DNA of 64,000 nt from assembly GCF_030144855.1 (NCBI RefSeq), contig NC_082710.1:28458001-28522000 (forward strand), given 5' to 3'. The notes beneath the pieces were generated by a model. That model was not told the DNA's origin, did no database searches, and saw only the letters and a list, made by a program, of their open reading frames with translations. Of this stretch, positions 23,201 through 35,836 are shown one piece after another (the stretch's first letter is position 1; each line of letters begins with the position of its first letter). The translations under genes were made by a program, and so were the position numbers. This DNA comes from Hypanus sabinus. Its lineage: Eukaryota.

Positions 23201-23898
23201 TGCAGCCGCCGGTAAGCCTCCAGTTCGCTCAGCTCACTTCCGTCTAGGGGGAGCAGCCTTCGGCCCCGCCAAGCTGGGTAATCAACTTGTGTAGATGCTG
23301 TGTGATGTCCCCAACACGCCAAATAACAGACAGTATGCCATATGCGATTAAATGATTACACTTTATAGATCTTACTGGAACTATTCTTTTAATAGAGGTA
23401 CAATATAAAAGAAAAAATAAAAGGCGCCAAACTTATCAAAGTCCAACCACTTTGTGCACAACTGTTGGAGCTCAGTTAACAAAGTCTACTTGCCACCATT
23501 CGATCCCCTCCGACCTCCTCGACCCGCAGCCTGGGACCAACAACTGTGGTCGACCAAACGCTCCACACGAATCTGTCCTCGTCTCCTCTCCTCACCGAAG
23601 ACCCTGGGCCTCGGACTCCAGCTTACAGCATCACATTTCCTCTTTTCCACCCCATTGCGCCTTCTCCCCAAAGCCCGTGAAACAATAGCTTACAGACCTA
23701 CAAGAAAGAATAACATCAATCCCAATAGGTTAACAAATAAATACCATTCTCGTTATCAATAATTATAACCCAAACAAGCTGTGAGAGAAAAGCACTTTCT
23801 CAGCAGTTACCATAAGAAAGAAACATTTTTATTTTTAACATAACAAAGAAGCCATTTTATTAGCCATAGCAGTAACATAAAAGAAGAAACCCCTTACA
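23201..23898 (-). mobile_element. Solo LTR (698 bp; Gypsy or ERV) inserted in the right IR
   Basis: TG...CA termini (TGCAG...TTACA); TTAA duplicated at 23197-23200 and 23899-23902; removing it restores the IR colinear with the left copy; CpG-rich. Orientation is tentative. Confidence 0.85.
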
Positions 23899-25469
23899 TT
23901 AAAATAAAATAGTGATCCTAACTGACCTAAGACAGGGAATGTTTTCTAGGATTAAATGTCAGGAATTGTGAAAAACTGAGTTTAAATGTATTTGGCTAAG
24001 GTGTTTGTAAACTTCTGACTTCAACTGTAGGTCTCCTGAAAACGTAAAAAAGATTTGAAATAGGAAGACTCAGTTTTGAGCCTGAGAGGCAGTAATTGCT
24101 TGATCTAACTAATGTCTACTATCTTTGTACTTCAGTTTGGTTGCATTGAATAGTAGAGTTAGAACCACATTTGACAGTGGTCTGTTACGCACTATGGACC
24201 ATAATGCCATTTTTTTCTAGTACTGAGTTTGGTCTCATTACTCACCTCACACTTGTCTTTAGCTTTCAAGAATATTATTCATTTTTGGATAGTGAAAGCA
24301 TGAAGCTCAGTGGCTTGACTCAGTCAGCTAAGATCAGAGGTACATCTGCTAAAATCCATCCCAGTTTGTGAATGTAGCTTCCAGAGTTTATAAAATGCGA
24401 GCATTTGAGGAAAGGAAGTTTCCAAGTCGGCCTGTAAGTAATTAATTACCTGGCTTTAGTATCCATCTTAATGTTGCAGTAATAAATTGATTGACTGGTT
24501 ATTCTGAAAACAAGCATTGCTGGAAATATTCACCAAATCAGGCAGCGTTAATGGTGAAACACCAAATAGTTAGCATTTTAGTTCTAAGATCTATTCTCAG
24601 CACAGCTGAGCTAGTAATATTACCTGCAGGAAGAATGTTGATAAAGGACTCTCTTCCCCAAAAAATAACATTGGACTATTACTATCCTTTTAATTATAGA
24701 AATAGGGCTATATTTCATATGTCTACAATGTAAGTCTCCTGGAGATGTATGAGCCTTCAAACATTGTAATGATTTGATTCTACGATCTTTTGAATCAGAT
24801 AACCCAATGGTATTATTAAAACCAAAATGACATTTGGGAGCATTGTTAATCTCAAAACTAAAATAGATTTGTGTAGTGTGGAATGCTAACATGAAGTAAG
24901 TGTAAAAACGATATTTAACAATTTTGGACAGCTTTGTCAGTTTTAATGGCTGTTGGACTGCAAACAGATGACATGTCCCTGCTCTGTTTCAGATTAAATG
25001 CTGAATGTTAAGTTTCTGGTTTACTGAAAGGAGTTGAAAACTACTATAAGGAATTTTTATTTTTCCACTTCTAGCCAACAGGAGCATGAGAATCTTTGGC
25101 CTGACATAAAAACTAATGTTTCACATTCCAAACTACACTTTTTTTTCACTCAAGTACATCACAAACAATCCTCAAATACCTAAATCATATTTATCTGTCC
25201 TCTGACAATTGACAATTAATCTCCCGACAGCCATGCAGATTCCTTTTCTGGACTGCTGTTTCTATGGGTATTCCCCTCTGTCCTCAGTCTGGCTTCCAGT
25301 GAAGATGGGTTGGAGGGGTTGCTGTTGCTAAGGAAAACACAGATTGTGGAATTACAACTCCATGACTTTTAGACCCCGAAATATCTCTAACCATCGGATT
25401 GAAAATCCAATCAAAGTAGATCAAAGTTCTTTGAAAGATTTCTTTATAGAAACATGGAAATATTGATAA

Positions 25470-26330
25470 ATAAGAACACAAATTGTCTACAAGGCCCTTT
25501 CATCCAGCCATCATTCCAAATGATCATAACTTTTTGCTTAATTTCAATGTCTCAGAAGCGGTGTCTCAGAAAGGCAGTGTCCATTATTAAGGACCTCCCA
25601 GCACCCAGGTCATGCCCTTTTCTCACTGTTACCATCAGGAAGGAGGTACAGAAGCCTGAAGGCACACACTCAGTGATTCAGGAACAGCTTAATCCCCTCG
25701 GCCATCCTATTCCTAAGTGGACATTGAACCCTTGGACAGTATCTCACTTTTTAAATATATACTATTTCCGTTTTTGCACAATTTTTAATCTGTTCAATAT
25801 ACAAGTACTGTGTTTGATTTACTTAATTATTATTATTTTATTTTGTTTTTTCTTCTATTGCATTGAACTGCTGCTGCTGAGTTAACAAATTCCACGACAC
25901 ATCCTGGTAATAATAAACTTGATTCTGGTTCTGGTTCATATTCCTACATCCTCCCCATATTCCTTAACATCTTTTGTCCCTAGAAAATTATCAACTTCTT
26001 CTTTAAATATAGCCTTTATATAGAGTTGGTAACTTGGGTTCCACAGCCTTCTATGAAAGAAAATTCCATTGTATGAAGAAATTCCTCCTCATCTCAGTCT
26101 TCTGTTTTATCATATATCTCAAAACCATGACCCCTAACCCCTAACCATGACAATACAGCCAAGGGGAACAGCTCACTGCATCAGTTGCCAAGTCTTGCAA
26201 GAATTTTGAAAATTCCAAAGAGGTCCCCTCTTGTTCCTCTAAGTTGTGATGAATCCATTCCCAGGGGACCCTAGTTTTCCTCATATATCAGTACTGCCAT
26301 CCCAGGAATCAATATGGTGACCCGTTCAAA
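25470..26330 (-). mobile_element. Old CR1 3' fragment interrupted by a Rex1-like insertion
   Basis: GAAGAAATTCCTCCTCATCTCAGTC and CCATCCCAGGAATCAAT are reverse complements of CR1 C-terminal motifs (ORF 26271-26489 ends RVTILIPGM). Confidence 0.65.
25550..25937 (+). mobile_element. Rex1/Babar-like LINE 3' fragment
   Basis: KRCLRKAVSIIKD; ends AATAAACTTGATTCTGGTTCTGGTTC. Confidence 0.88.
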
Positions 26331-26380
26331 AAGTAATGTCCAATTTGAGTGAAAGAAAGTCATTATTTGAGCAAATAAAT

Positions 26381-26700
26381 GAAACATCAACTTTTTATTC
26401 CTCATCACAGACGCTGCCTGACTGCCACGTTCCTCCAGCATTTTATGTGTGTTGCTTAAGATTTCCAGCATCTGCAGAATGCCTTGCATTTATTATTACA
26501 ATGAGCAAATCTCTTTGAGCTGCCATGTGAACTTCACCTTTTAAGTAACACACACAAAATTCTTGAGGAACTAATTCAGCAAGCCAGGCAGCATCTACGG
26601 AGGGAAATGAACAGTTGACATTTTATTCTGAAACACTTCATTAAGACTGCTGTGTGTGTTGCTCAAAATTTCAAGCATCTGCAGAATCTTTTGTGTCTTT
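26381..26700. repeat. Cluster of Penelope-like termini in both orientations
   Basis: Plus copy 26381-26490, minus copy ~26545-26648, plus tail ~26650-26700. Confidence 0.75.
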
Positions 26701-27289
26701 GTGATTTACTTTTTAAATGATGCTTCCTCTGCTGATAAGAACTAAATTAGTTAACCAGCTATGTGAATTTGCCATAATCAGCAGGCAATCTCACATATAT
26801 TTCTCGAGCAGTATTGCAATGTCCAGAGAAAATGAAGGTAAGTGAGCAGACAATCACATAAAAATTATTGGGCATTTTGTCATACTTGCTTAAACGTTGG
26901 CACAGTTTCAAAATATTGCAATTTGTTAACATAACCAAGAATACTGTTTCATACTGAAGCTGCCTATACTTTTCAATAATGGTAGCATTCATAACATTTC
27001 AATCATATCATACAGCTTCAGCCACAGGAACTTTAAGGAACAGTAGTAGCCTTCAAGTTGCCCACTATTCATAGCTGTGTTGCTACTGACCTCTATTTTC
27101 CTGTGTTTATCCCATGGTATTCCTACTAACAAAAATCTATTGACTTCAGGCTTAAAAGCTCCATTAAGACCAACATTCATACTCTTGATAGTAATGATCT
27201 CAAGGTGAGTAAGTGCAGTGTATTTTGGGAAGGGTTTATACTGCAGTCATTGTGTGCTTTAGTGGAGGAAATGAATGTTCAGGGTAGTG

Positions 27290-27550
27290 GATGGAATGCT
27301 AATCAATCAACTTTATCCAAGCTAGAGTCGAGATTCTTGAGTGCTGTTGATGTTGCACTCATCCAGGCAAATTGTGAATATTCTATCACACTTCTGCTTG
27401 TGCCTCACTTATGATAAAAAAAAAGGCTTTACGTTGTCAAAATGTGAATTAGTTGTAGCAGGATACCTAAATATTGATCTGCTCTTGTGGTCAAAGTATT
27501 TTTATGGCTTTCCCAGTTAAATCTCTGATATAACCCCCAAAATATTAATG
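27290..27550 (-). mobile_element. Old LINE fragment (RTE-X-like, clade uncertain)
   Basis: Resembles the reverse complement of 40560-40820; interrupted by the Rex1-like copy at 27552. Confidence 0.5.
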
Positions 27551-27551
27551 A

Positions 27552-28067
27552 AAGGAGTTTGAGAAGATTTGGTATGTCACCTGATTCACTTGCAAATTTC
27601 TACAGGTGTGTAGTAAAGAGCATTGAAACTGGCTGCATCACTGTCTGGTTTGGTGGGGGGGGGGGGGTGCTACTGCACAGGATCGAGGTAAGCTGCAGAG
27701 TGTTGTAAAATTAGTCAACTCCATCATGGGTACCAGCCTCCATCGTATCCAAGACATCTTCAAGGAGCAGAGCCTCAAAAAGGTGATGTCCATCATTAAG
27801 AACTACCACCACCCAGGACAGGCCCCCTTCTCATTGTTACTGTCATGAAAGTGGTACACTTTCATGTACCTGAAGGCACACACTCAATGATTCAGGAACA
27901 CCTTCTTCCCTTCTGCCATCCAATTTCTGAATGGACATTGAACCCATGAACACTACCTCACTACTTTTTTAATTTCTGTTTTTGTTTTATTTCTGTAATT
28001 ATTTCTGCTGCAACATAAACAGATTTTCTCAACACGTGCCGGTGATATTAAACATGATTCTGATTCA
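27552..28067 (+). mobile_element. Rex1/Babar-like LINE 3' fragment
   Basis: RSLRRFGMS..GCITVWFG motifs; ATTAAACATGATTCTGATTC tail. Confidence 0.9.
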
Positions 28068-28782
28068 ATGATGATATTCTCATTGATGTTTGACCATAGG
28101 TGGATAGACTCCCCCTAATTAGTGAGTCTATATTTGGTGCCAGGCCATAACAAGGACTGAAGTCAAGCAGACCTGGCAAGCCCACACGGAGCACCAAAGA
28201 GCCAATTTTTAGTCTAGAAGCGTCAAGTTGATAAACTGTTGAACAATTCCATAATTTGCTGATGGAAGAGTGTGGTTTTCAGTGATTAGCTGGATTAGAT
28301 TTTTCCTAGCTTTCCAGACAAGCCATTCTAGGTAATTTTTCACATTGTTAGATAGATGCAAGTGTTGTAAATATACAGAAAGAGATTTTCCAGAGGTGTA
28401 GCTCACTCTGGAGAGTAAATCTTGGGATACAACCTGGGATGTTTTATGATCCCATAGCCTTTTCTACAGCCAGTATTTTCCACTATTTTTTAAACTCATA
28501 CCAAGCAAATTATTTGAAGACCAGTTTTTTGTGATGGTGAAGACTGCAAAAAGAAGCCCAGATGTATCACCCACTCAGCAATTGTGACTGGCAATGATGG
28601 CAAATGCTTCCATCTTGTTTTTGAAAATGAAGGTAATATTTTTAACATTGCAAAGCTTCATTCCCAGGAACTAGAGTACATCAGCATTCACAAAAGTAAA
28701 ATGAAATGGTGAATAAGAGGATGAGGCAGCAGAGCTTTTGATAACCTTATTGTGGAACAAGAGTGGCTAGTCAGGACACATT

Positions 28783-29339
28783 TACACTCAGTGGACACTT
28801 TATCAGGTATATTTGTACAAATGTTATTACAAATGTCTAATTGGCCAATCATGTGGTGGCAATTAAATGCATAAAAGCATGCAGGCTAGTTTAAAAGGTT
28901 CAATTATTGTCAGACCAAATTTTTCAAATAGAAAGAAGTGTAACCTAGGTGACTTTAACTGTGAAAAGATTGCTGGTGCCATACAGGGTGTTTTGAGAAT
29001 CTCAGAAATTGCTCATCACCCATGATTTTCATACACAACACTCTCCAAAGTTTATGGTGCAAAAAGCAAAAAAAAAACATCCAGTTGCTGGCATTTATGT
29101 GGGTGAAGATGCCTCGTTAGTAAGTAGTGTTAGAGACCTGTCTTGCTCAATGTGATAAGAAGGCAACAGTAACTTAAATAGCGATAACTTAATTAACTTA
29201 AATAATAGTTAAAAAAAAGTGGTATGCAGAAAAGTATGTCTGAACATTGAACCTTGAAGTGGATGAGCTACAATAGCAGAAGACTTTGAGCATACAGACA
29301 GTAGCCTCTTTATTAGTTAATAAAGTGGCCAGGAGTTTA
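28783..29339 (+). mobile_element. Non-autonomous Tc1-like element, same family as 1630-2180
   Basis: Left TIR TACACTCAGTGGACACTTTATCAGGTA; right TIR TAATAAAGTGGCCAGGAG; HTH remnant KKCNLGDFN..IAGA. Confidence 0.8.
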
Positions 29340-31299
29340 TTTTAATCAATTCTAGAAAAATCTTGGTGAATTCAGTATGGCATTAAGTAATGGATTCCCA
29401 TTGAGCAGGCTGTGCTTGAAAAGGAAGATAGTTTGGAAATGGGGCTAGCTACATTGTCATCTGTAATGCTCAGCTTGTAGAAGCAGTTTTGCATTGTGAA
29501 GCAACTTGCAGCATTCTTGCACAGCAGAGTCACTTGCATTTTTCTATCCATAAGAGATAAAGACATAAAAAGGAATGGGTATCAATGGGAAAAGGCAGAA
29601 CAAGAAAGAGGTTGAAAATATATGTCATTAAAAATATGGAACTATTTACACTAGCACAATAGATAATGGTTTTATAGAGCAATACAGTGTGGATGCAGGC
29701 CCTTCAACCCATCTAATTCATGCCAACCACAGTGCTCTTCCTGTTGAACCCAGTTTAGGCCCATATCCCTTCAAACCCTGCTCCATGCAACTATCCACAT
29801 GCTCTATGTAAAGGAGCACAGTAGCACAATTTTTTTTTTAAATTAGCTTTATTTGTCACATATACATCAAAACATGCTGAGAAATGCATTGTTTGCTTCA
29901 AATCAAATCAGCAAGGATTGTGCTGGGCAGCCTGCAAGACAATTTCTTTCTTTTAAAGTAGTTTTAGAACCTGCAGAATTTCCATTGTTCACTTTCCTTC
30001 CCAAAACCTTTAAATCCAACTTAGACTGAAATTCATTTAAAGTACTGGGATAATAACCTGTAACCATAGGCAGCAAATAATTTGTCATTACCAACCATTG
30101 TTTCAGTAGTCATAACCTTGGAAATTCTTTAGGCCCTGTGCTTCTGTGATGGGTATTGGCCTGCTTTCTCTATCACAAGTTAAGGTGTTTTATAATGTAG
30201 GTGTCTATATCAGATATTGTGATAGCTGCTTCATCCAGCTACTTAGTTTGCCCTTTTGTCATTTGAGACTGGATTAATAGAACCCCCTAAGAGGCAGAAT
30301 ACTCCAGCTATAAATGCTGTCAAAATGTTTGTGAATTTCAACTTTCCTGAGGATGCTATTTTTCACTCTGCATTTGATAATGGTGCAAGCAGATGAGAAC
30401 TACCATCACAGGGGAATTCCAGGAGCCTGAAGAATCACACTCAGTGGTTCAGCTTCATTGGTTTCTTCATCTGATTTCCGACTGTTCCATGAACCCATGA
30501 AACTATGTAATTATTCTAATTCTAATTCCTATTCTGAAAGTGGAGGTCAGCTAGCCTCTGTCTTATTTCCAGTAAACAGATGCGCATGGAGCCTTCATAA
30601 AGGTAGAATTAAGCTTGGCTGCAATAGCCAGCTTGGACAAATAGTCTTCTAAAGTAGTATCTTGAGGCTCAGTAAAAGAGAATAACCCCTTGGGCTAGGT
30701 CATGACATATGTCTGTCTAATGTATGTTAACTAGCTCCACAAGTAATCTGTACCTTTTGAAATTTATTAACAAATTAAGTTAGCAGACTATCAAATAAAG
30801 CTAAAAGCAAATTATTGATTAAGATTTTCAATAGATAGGAAGATTGTACAGAGAAAGTATGGACAATGTAGTAAGGATTGGAAACCTAGGTCAATAACTG
30901 TCATATTTATCACTAAAATTAATCTCCAAAACTCTTCATTGGTACCAGGTACTGATCAGTCATGTAGAAAATGTCAAGATGAAATATTTAGAAACTGGAA
31001 ACTTCTTGAAGTAGCAGTAAGAAAAGTAAAAGATATTAAAAAGACTTTATGGAGTGTGCAGTTGAGAATGAATAAGAGAAGAAAGAGGATTTCATCCATA
31101 GCAATGTCACTGTGCAGGGCATGTATTAACCTATGCCTTGAAAGAAATCACAAGATTGGATATCAGATTTGGATCAACAATTTTGCAATTGCCTCAGGGT
31201 CAGAATATTGCAGCTTCATGCTGCTCTAAAGACTTTAAAACATCTGGTATGATGTTAAAGTGTGGTAATGATGACTACCATTTAAGCAAAGCTGCGAAA

Positions 31300-31830
31300 A
31301 TTCAGGTTAAAACCCGGGACTGGCTAAGAAACTGGTGGAGTGATAGAAAACAGTGGTATTTCTTAGAAAAGGTCATGTCTGAGTGGAGAGAGGTACTGAG
31401 CAACATAGCTTTGGGATTGTCGTTGTCTCCAGTGTACATGAATGATCTGCATCCAGAACCTCAATTCAGATTGCTTATGTTTACAAATTATAGCTAATCA
31501 TAATGGACAGCAGAGTAAGGAAATAAAATAAACTACAGAACATGTGGAGCAAAATAGGAATACTAGAAGGATAATGATAAGTAAAAGTTAAAGCAGACAT
31601 GTATAACTTACTATATATTGAAAGGAAAATATGAAGCAAATGAGGATAATACCGTATAATGTTGAAACAATAAAAGTTGTAATATTTTATAGCAGAATCT
31701 AAAATTATATAACCACTGCATAGCAGTAAATCATGTGAACTAATCTTATGCTGTAAGTGTCAGGTTATTACAATGAAATTGAATGGTGTAATATTGCATG
31801 TAGTATCCAATTACCATACTCCAAAGACAA
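31300..31830 (+). mobile_element. Ancient CR1/L2-type RT remnant
   Basis: ORF 31138-31497 contains WLRNWWSDRKQ..SEWREVLS..VYMNDL..LLMF, colinear with [27 protein letters not shown]. Confidence 0.65.
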
Positions 31831-31859
31831 TTGCACTGCTCCAAAGAGCACTATATGAG

Positions 31860-32066
31860 GTCTTTCTTACCCTCAGCCATTAGGCACTATAATAAGTCAA
31901 CATATAGCCAGGGAAGTGACAACACCCTCTGTTAGACTGTTTGAGGTAACATTTTTAATTCTTTCCTACTTCTCTTTTAATACTTGTATATTTGTATATC
32001 TGTGCACTTGTAATGCTACTGTGATACTGTAATTTCCTTTGGGATCAATAAAGTATCTATCCATCT
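31860..32066 (+). mobile_element. Rex1-like 3' UTR fragment
   Basis: SFLPSAIR-like end followed by GGGATCAATAAAGTATCTATCCATCT. Confidence 0.7.
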
Positions 32067-32339
32067 GTCAACTTATGCCCATGAGAAGCACAAGAGAGAC
32101 AGAAAATGTAATGGTCAAGAGTGTTCCAATGTGCCAGGCAGTGACATGAGAATTGTCAAGATACAGCATTTAAAAACTGCCATAGTAGAAAATATTAAAA
32201 TTATAACTATGCTGTAAATATTCATCAGGATTAGGCTGCACCAGTGTAGGGAAATAGAACTAACATTTTAAGGTTGAAGATCCTTGATGTGAAGTGGTGT
32301 GACCTGCTGATTATTTTATGATTTTCTGTTTTCATATCA

Positions 32340-33165
32340 TACATGGTCCATTGAATCTATGCCAACCATCAAATATCAATTTGCACTAATCCTACATTAA
32401 TCCAATTTTTAATATCCCTGCATTCCTGTCAATTCATCTCCTGCCCCTCCCCCACCTCCCATGTTCTATCACAGTGGCCAATTAATCTACTAACCAGTAT
32501 ATCTTTAGGATATATGATGAAACCACAGAGCCCAGGATAAATTGACATGGTCATATGGATAAAATGCATGTTCCACAAAGATGTGCTGACATTGGAGAGG
32601 GTTCAGAGGAGATTCACAAGGATGGTTCCAACAATGAAAGGGTTACCATGTGAGGAACATTTGATGGCTCTAGGCCTGCACTTGCTGTAATTTAGAAGGC
32701 TGAAGGGGGATCTAATTGAATCCTTTTGAATGTTGAAAGGCCTAGACAGAGTGAATGTAGAAAAGATGTTTCCCATGGTAGAGAAGTCCAGAGGAAGAGG
32801 GCATGGCCTCAGGATAGAGGGGCATCCATTTAGAACAGATATGTGGAGAAATTTCTTTAACCTGAGGGTGTTGAATTTGTTACCACTGGCAGCTCTGGAG
32901 GTCAGGTCATTGGATATATTTAAGGCAGAGATTGATAGGTTCTTGATTGTCCATGGCACCAAAGGTTATGGGAAGAAGGCCAAGGAGTGAGGCAGAGGAG
33001 GGACAATAAAGGATCAGCCATGATTGAATGGTGACGCCATCTTGATGGGTCAAGTGGCCTAATTCTACTCCTATGTCTTATGGTCCTATGGTCTTATGGA
33101 CTAAACCTGAGATGAGAATTGGATTGCATGAGCTATTGTTCAGCAGTCTGCTATCTATACTACCA
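32340..33165 (-). mobile_element. Old HE1/V-SINE-like SINE split by a CR1 insertion
   Basis: GTGGCCAATTAATCTACTAACC is the reverse complement of the core at 43558-43580; a head-like remnant resumes at ~33100. Confidence 0.55.
32580..33100 (+). mobile_element. CR1 3' fragment
   Basis: ORF 32730-32990 (MLKGLDRV..RGHGLRIEG..FKAEIDRFL); (TTATGGTC)n tail; same family as 7590-9610. Confidence 0.92.
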
Positions 33166-33450
33166 TGGTACATGCTTTTGTCAAAATATTTCAACATTAA
33201 AAGTCTATCACAGAAAGTCCAATATGTCTTGTGTTAAAACTCACACAAATGTCTTCTATTACCACAGAGAATGAAGCTTGTAGAACAAGCCAGCCTAGTC
33301 GTACAGGTTAAGAGGACTATCATGAGGAGATCAGAGTTGCAGAGAGTGGTGGGGCTGTGATGTATTATGTTTACAGGCTTGTTCAATTAGTTGATTGAAT
33401 CAGAATAGAATTGTGGAATTGGTTGGAAAGCTTTGTAACTGACATCACAT

Positions 33451-33670
33451 ATCAGCATACTGAAAATAGGAGCAACACAAATTCTGGTGGAAGAACTCAA
33501 GAGGGTGAGAACCTTCAGTGGGAGGAAAGAAGCTGTTTGATAATCCTGATGCAAGGTTTTGGCCTGAAATGTTGGCAGTTTCTTTCCTCCTGCTGATGCT
33601 GCTGTACCTGCTGAGTTCTTCCTGTAGTCTGAGTGTTAATCCAGATTCCAACATCTGCAGTCTGTTGTGT
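33451..33670. repeat. Fold-back Penelope-like terminus pair with a central hammerhead-like core
   Basis: Arms GGAAGAACTCA..GGAGGAAAGAAGCTG and CAGTTTCTTTCCTCC..TGAGTTCTTCC; core CTGATGC AAGG TTTTGG CCT GAAA at 33546-33569. Confidence 0.7.
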
Positions 33671-35679
33671 CCACTTGTGTCTTTCCATGGGGTGGCTTAC
33701 TTAAAAGAGTAGATTCACATCAGAATATAGGTGAGGGGGATAGTGGTGAGGTATGCAGGGAGAGGATAAGTCCCTGTTCTCTCTTTAACTATTCCATTAT
33801 CCTGTTCCTACCGGCCAAGTTATAGCTGAGTCAGGGTCAAAACATCTGACCTCAAGTAGTTCAAAATCATACGGCTTGTGAAGGAAGCAATAAGAGTCAA
33901 TTAACAAAACTGGCTAAAACAGTGGAGGTCTTGTGGCTGAATTTCCTAGCAAGTCATACCGTGGCGGTACCACAAGCTGCATGGAACAATCATGCATCAG
34001 AAAGAGGTGATGCAGAAACCCCAAACTCTGCTGCACTTACGAGAAGAAATGTTCATTTCAGTTTGACTAGCAGCATTTTCTCTCAAAATATGTTCTTGTT
34101 TGTCATTTCAGTGACCTCTTTGATCTGTTACATTGAACGGAGATATGATTCATTGTGTAGTGCAATATTATTACCAGAGCTACTGGAACAACTGAGGGCC
34201 TGATGTCACAGCAGTGGCCATCATTGAATTAAAATATTGTCTGATGGCTCATTTGGAAAAGCAACAGAAATGCACCACATCTTTACTAAAACAAGGAAAT
34301 GGAGATAGATACAGAATGAAGATGCATTAGACAAAGACAATAGTACAACTATTAATTTATCTTCCCTTCCTCTTTCCCATTGAATAACTATTACCTGCTA
34401 TGAATCCCTCTACCATGATCTGCCTTTTATTCAGCATTGATGTTTGCATTGTAAACTCTGGGCACTGTGTACTGGCTGTTATATGGCATTAGTCATATGA
34501 TGAAAACCATTTTTCGGAGGCTATAATTAATGACTTTGAAATATAACCTCTATCTGCTAGCTTTTTATTCCATTCCTTGTTGCTTATGTATATCAACCCA
34601 CACACTGTTATATATTTGTTGAACCATCCACTGTGACCTCCTCCAAAGAGCTATAATGTTTCTTTTTGCAATAAGAATTTGCTTTCTCTTGCTGCCCTTT
34701 CTGCTTTGACACATGTAATTTAAATCACAAAAATGGTTATGCTTTAATTCTGAAATCATTCCCTGCTGACTGCATACTCAATGCAGCCTCAGCCTTCCTA
34801 AAATAGCACATTTCATTCATACCTGTATTCAGTGCGACTGCTTCACATTACATCTGGATTGCACACAAGTATAAAATTACTTCCAAATGGAGAGACGCAA
34901 ACATCAATTCTTCCCATCTTGTCAGCCCCCACATCCATGCACATGAATTTAGCTTTCCTGAGGCTCCTAAGTAGTTTGAAAGCCTATTTCAGCACACTAA
35001 TTACATTTAATAACCACTCATATTTTAACATAACTCATAATATAGGTAATCAAAGCCATGTTTATGTTTAGTGAGGACTGAAAAAGATTCAGTCCTCAAC
35101 CTGTTTATTATGTGGGTTGATTGCATCTTGCTTTATCTGTTGCAATGCCAGATTGGAGCTATATTAAGTAAATAACTGAATTTGGGCAAAAAATAAATTA
35201 AATGCGAACACTGTTGTTTGGAAAACCTTACATGGTCTAAAGTCAAGTAAAGAATGATTTTTGGAACAAAGGATGTAACATTGCAATTTGTATTAGAGAG
35301 GGTGCAGCAATATATGTTTTTGATGGTGGATTGATATAAACCTTGCAGCTCACGTAATCAAAGCAAGACAAAGAATAGAAATAGATTGTAGAAGTACACC
35401 AACATAACTGTTCCTTCTAGGTCAATTGTATCTTGGAAACGGACCGTGGGCAATTTTTCGAGAGCCACTGGTTATGTCACACTAGATGAATTACACAGGA
35501 TTGAGCAGACATAAAGAATTTGCACCTGAAATTTACACAAGTCCCCAAATGCAACTTAACAAGACCGATTTGGAAGTGATACCTGTCTGATATCTCCTTT
35601 GAGTTGTGCCTGAAGTAACAGCATAATTAACAACCACCACACTTGCTGGAGATGACAAGTTGGCATTCACAGGACCCAA

Positions 35680-35836
35680 GGGAGACTGTAGAGGCTGGAA
35701 ATCTGGATCAACACACATAAAGTGCTGGAGGAAGATTAGCCCTCAATGAAGGGTATCAGCTACAATGTCAACTCTTCATTTTTCTCCTTAGATGCTGCTT
35801 GGCCTGCTGAGTTCCTCCTGCAGTTTTCATGTGTTG
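35680..35836. repeat. Fold-back Penelope-like terminus pair
   Basis: Minus-type start (GCTGGAAATCTGGATCAACACAC..GCTGGAGGAA) joined to plus-type ATGAAGGGT..GATGCTGCTTGGCCTGCTGAGTTCCTCC. Confidence 0.7.

Larger units (their letters stand above)
20366..24027 (-). mobile_element. Sleeping Beauty-like Tc1 transposon, rearranged (two right-type IR/DRs), with two nested insertions
   Basis: TA|CAGGTGAAGTCAGAAGTT at 20364 and AACTTCTGACTTCAACTG|TA at 24029. ~230-bp IR/DR on both sides with inner DR CCCAGTGGGTCAGAAGTTTACATACACT. Transposase remnants inside. Confidence 0.93.

Noticed and set aside
23452-23762. Overlapping ORFs in the GC-rich insert
   Set aside because: They lie in a solo LTR, have non-ATG starts and show no gag/env-like features.
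23197-23902. piggyBac element because of the TTAA duplication
   Set aside because: Ends are TG...CA with no CCY...RGG terminal inverted repeats.
34034-34130. Minus-strand donor (CACTTAC) with a possible exon
   Set aside because: All three frames from the nearest acceptor contain stops.
34820-34970. Minus-strand donor CAG|GTATG with a possible exon
   Set aside because: All frames are closed for both acceptors tried.
35421-35515. Acceptor-like TTCCTTCTAG followed by CpG-containing sequence (GQLYLGNGPWAIFREPL or VNCILETDRGQFFESHW)
   Set aside because: Only a weak donor, peptides unrecognised; cannot be supported without transcripts, though not excluded.
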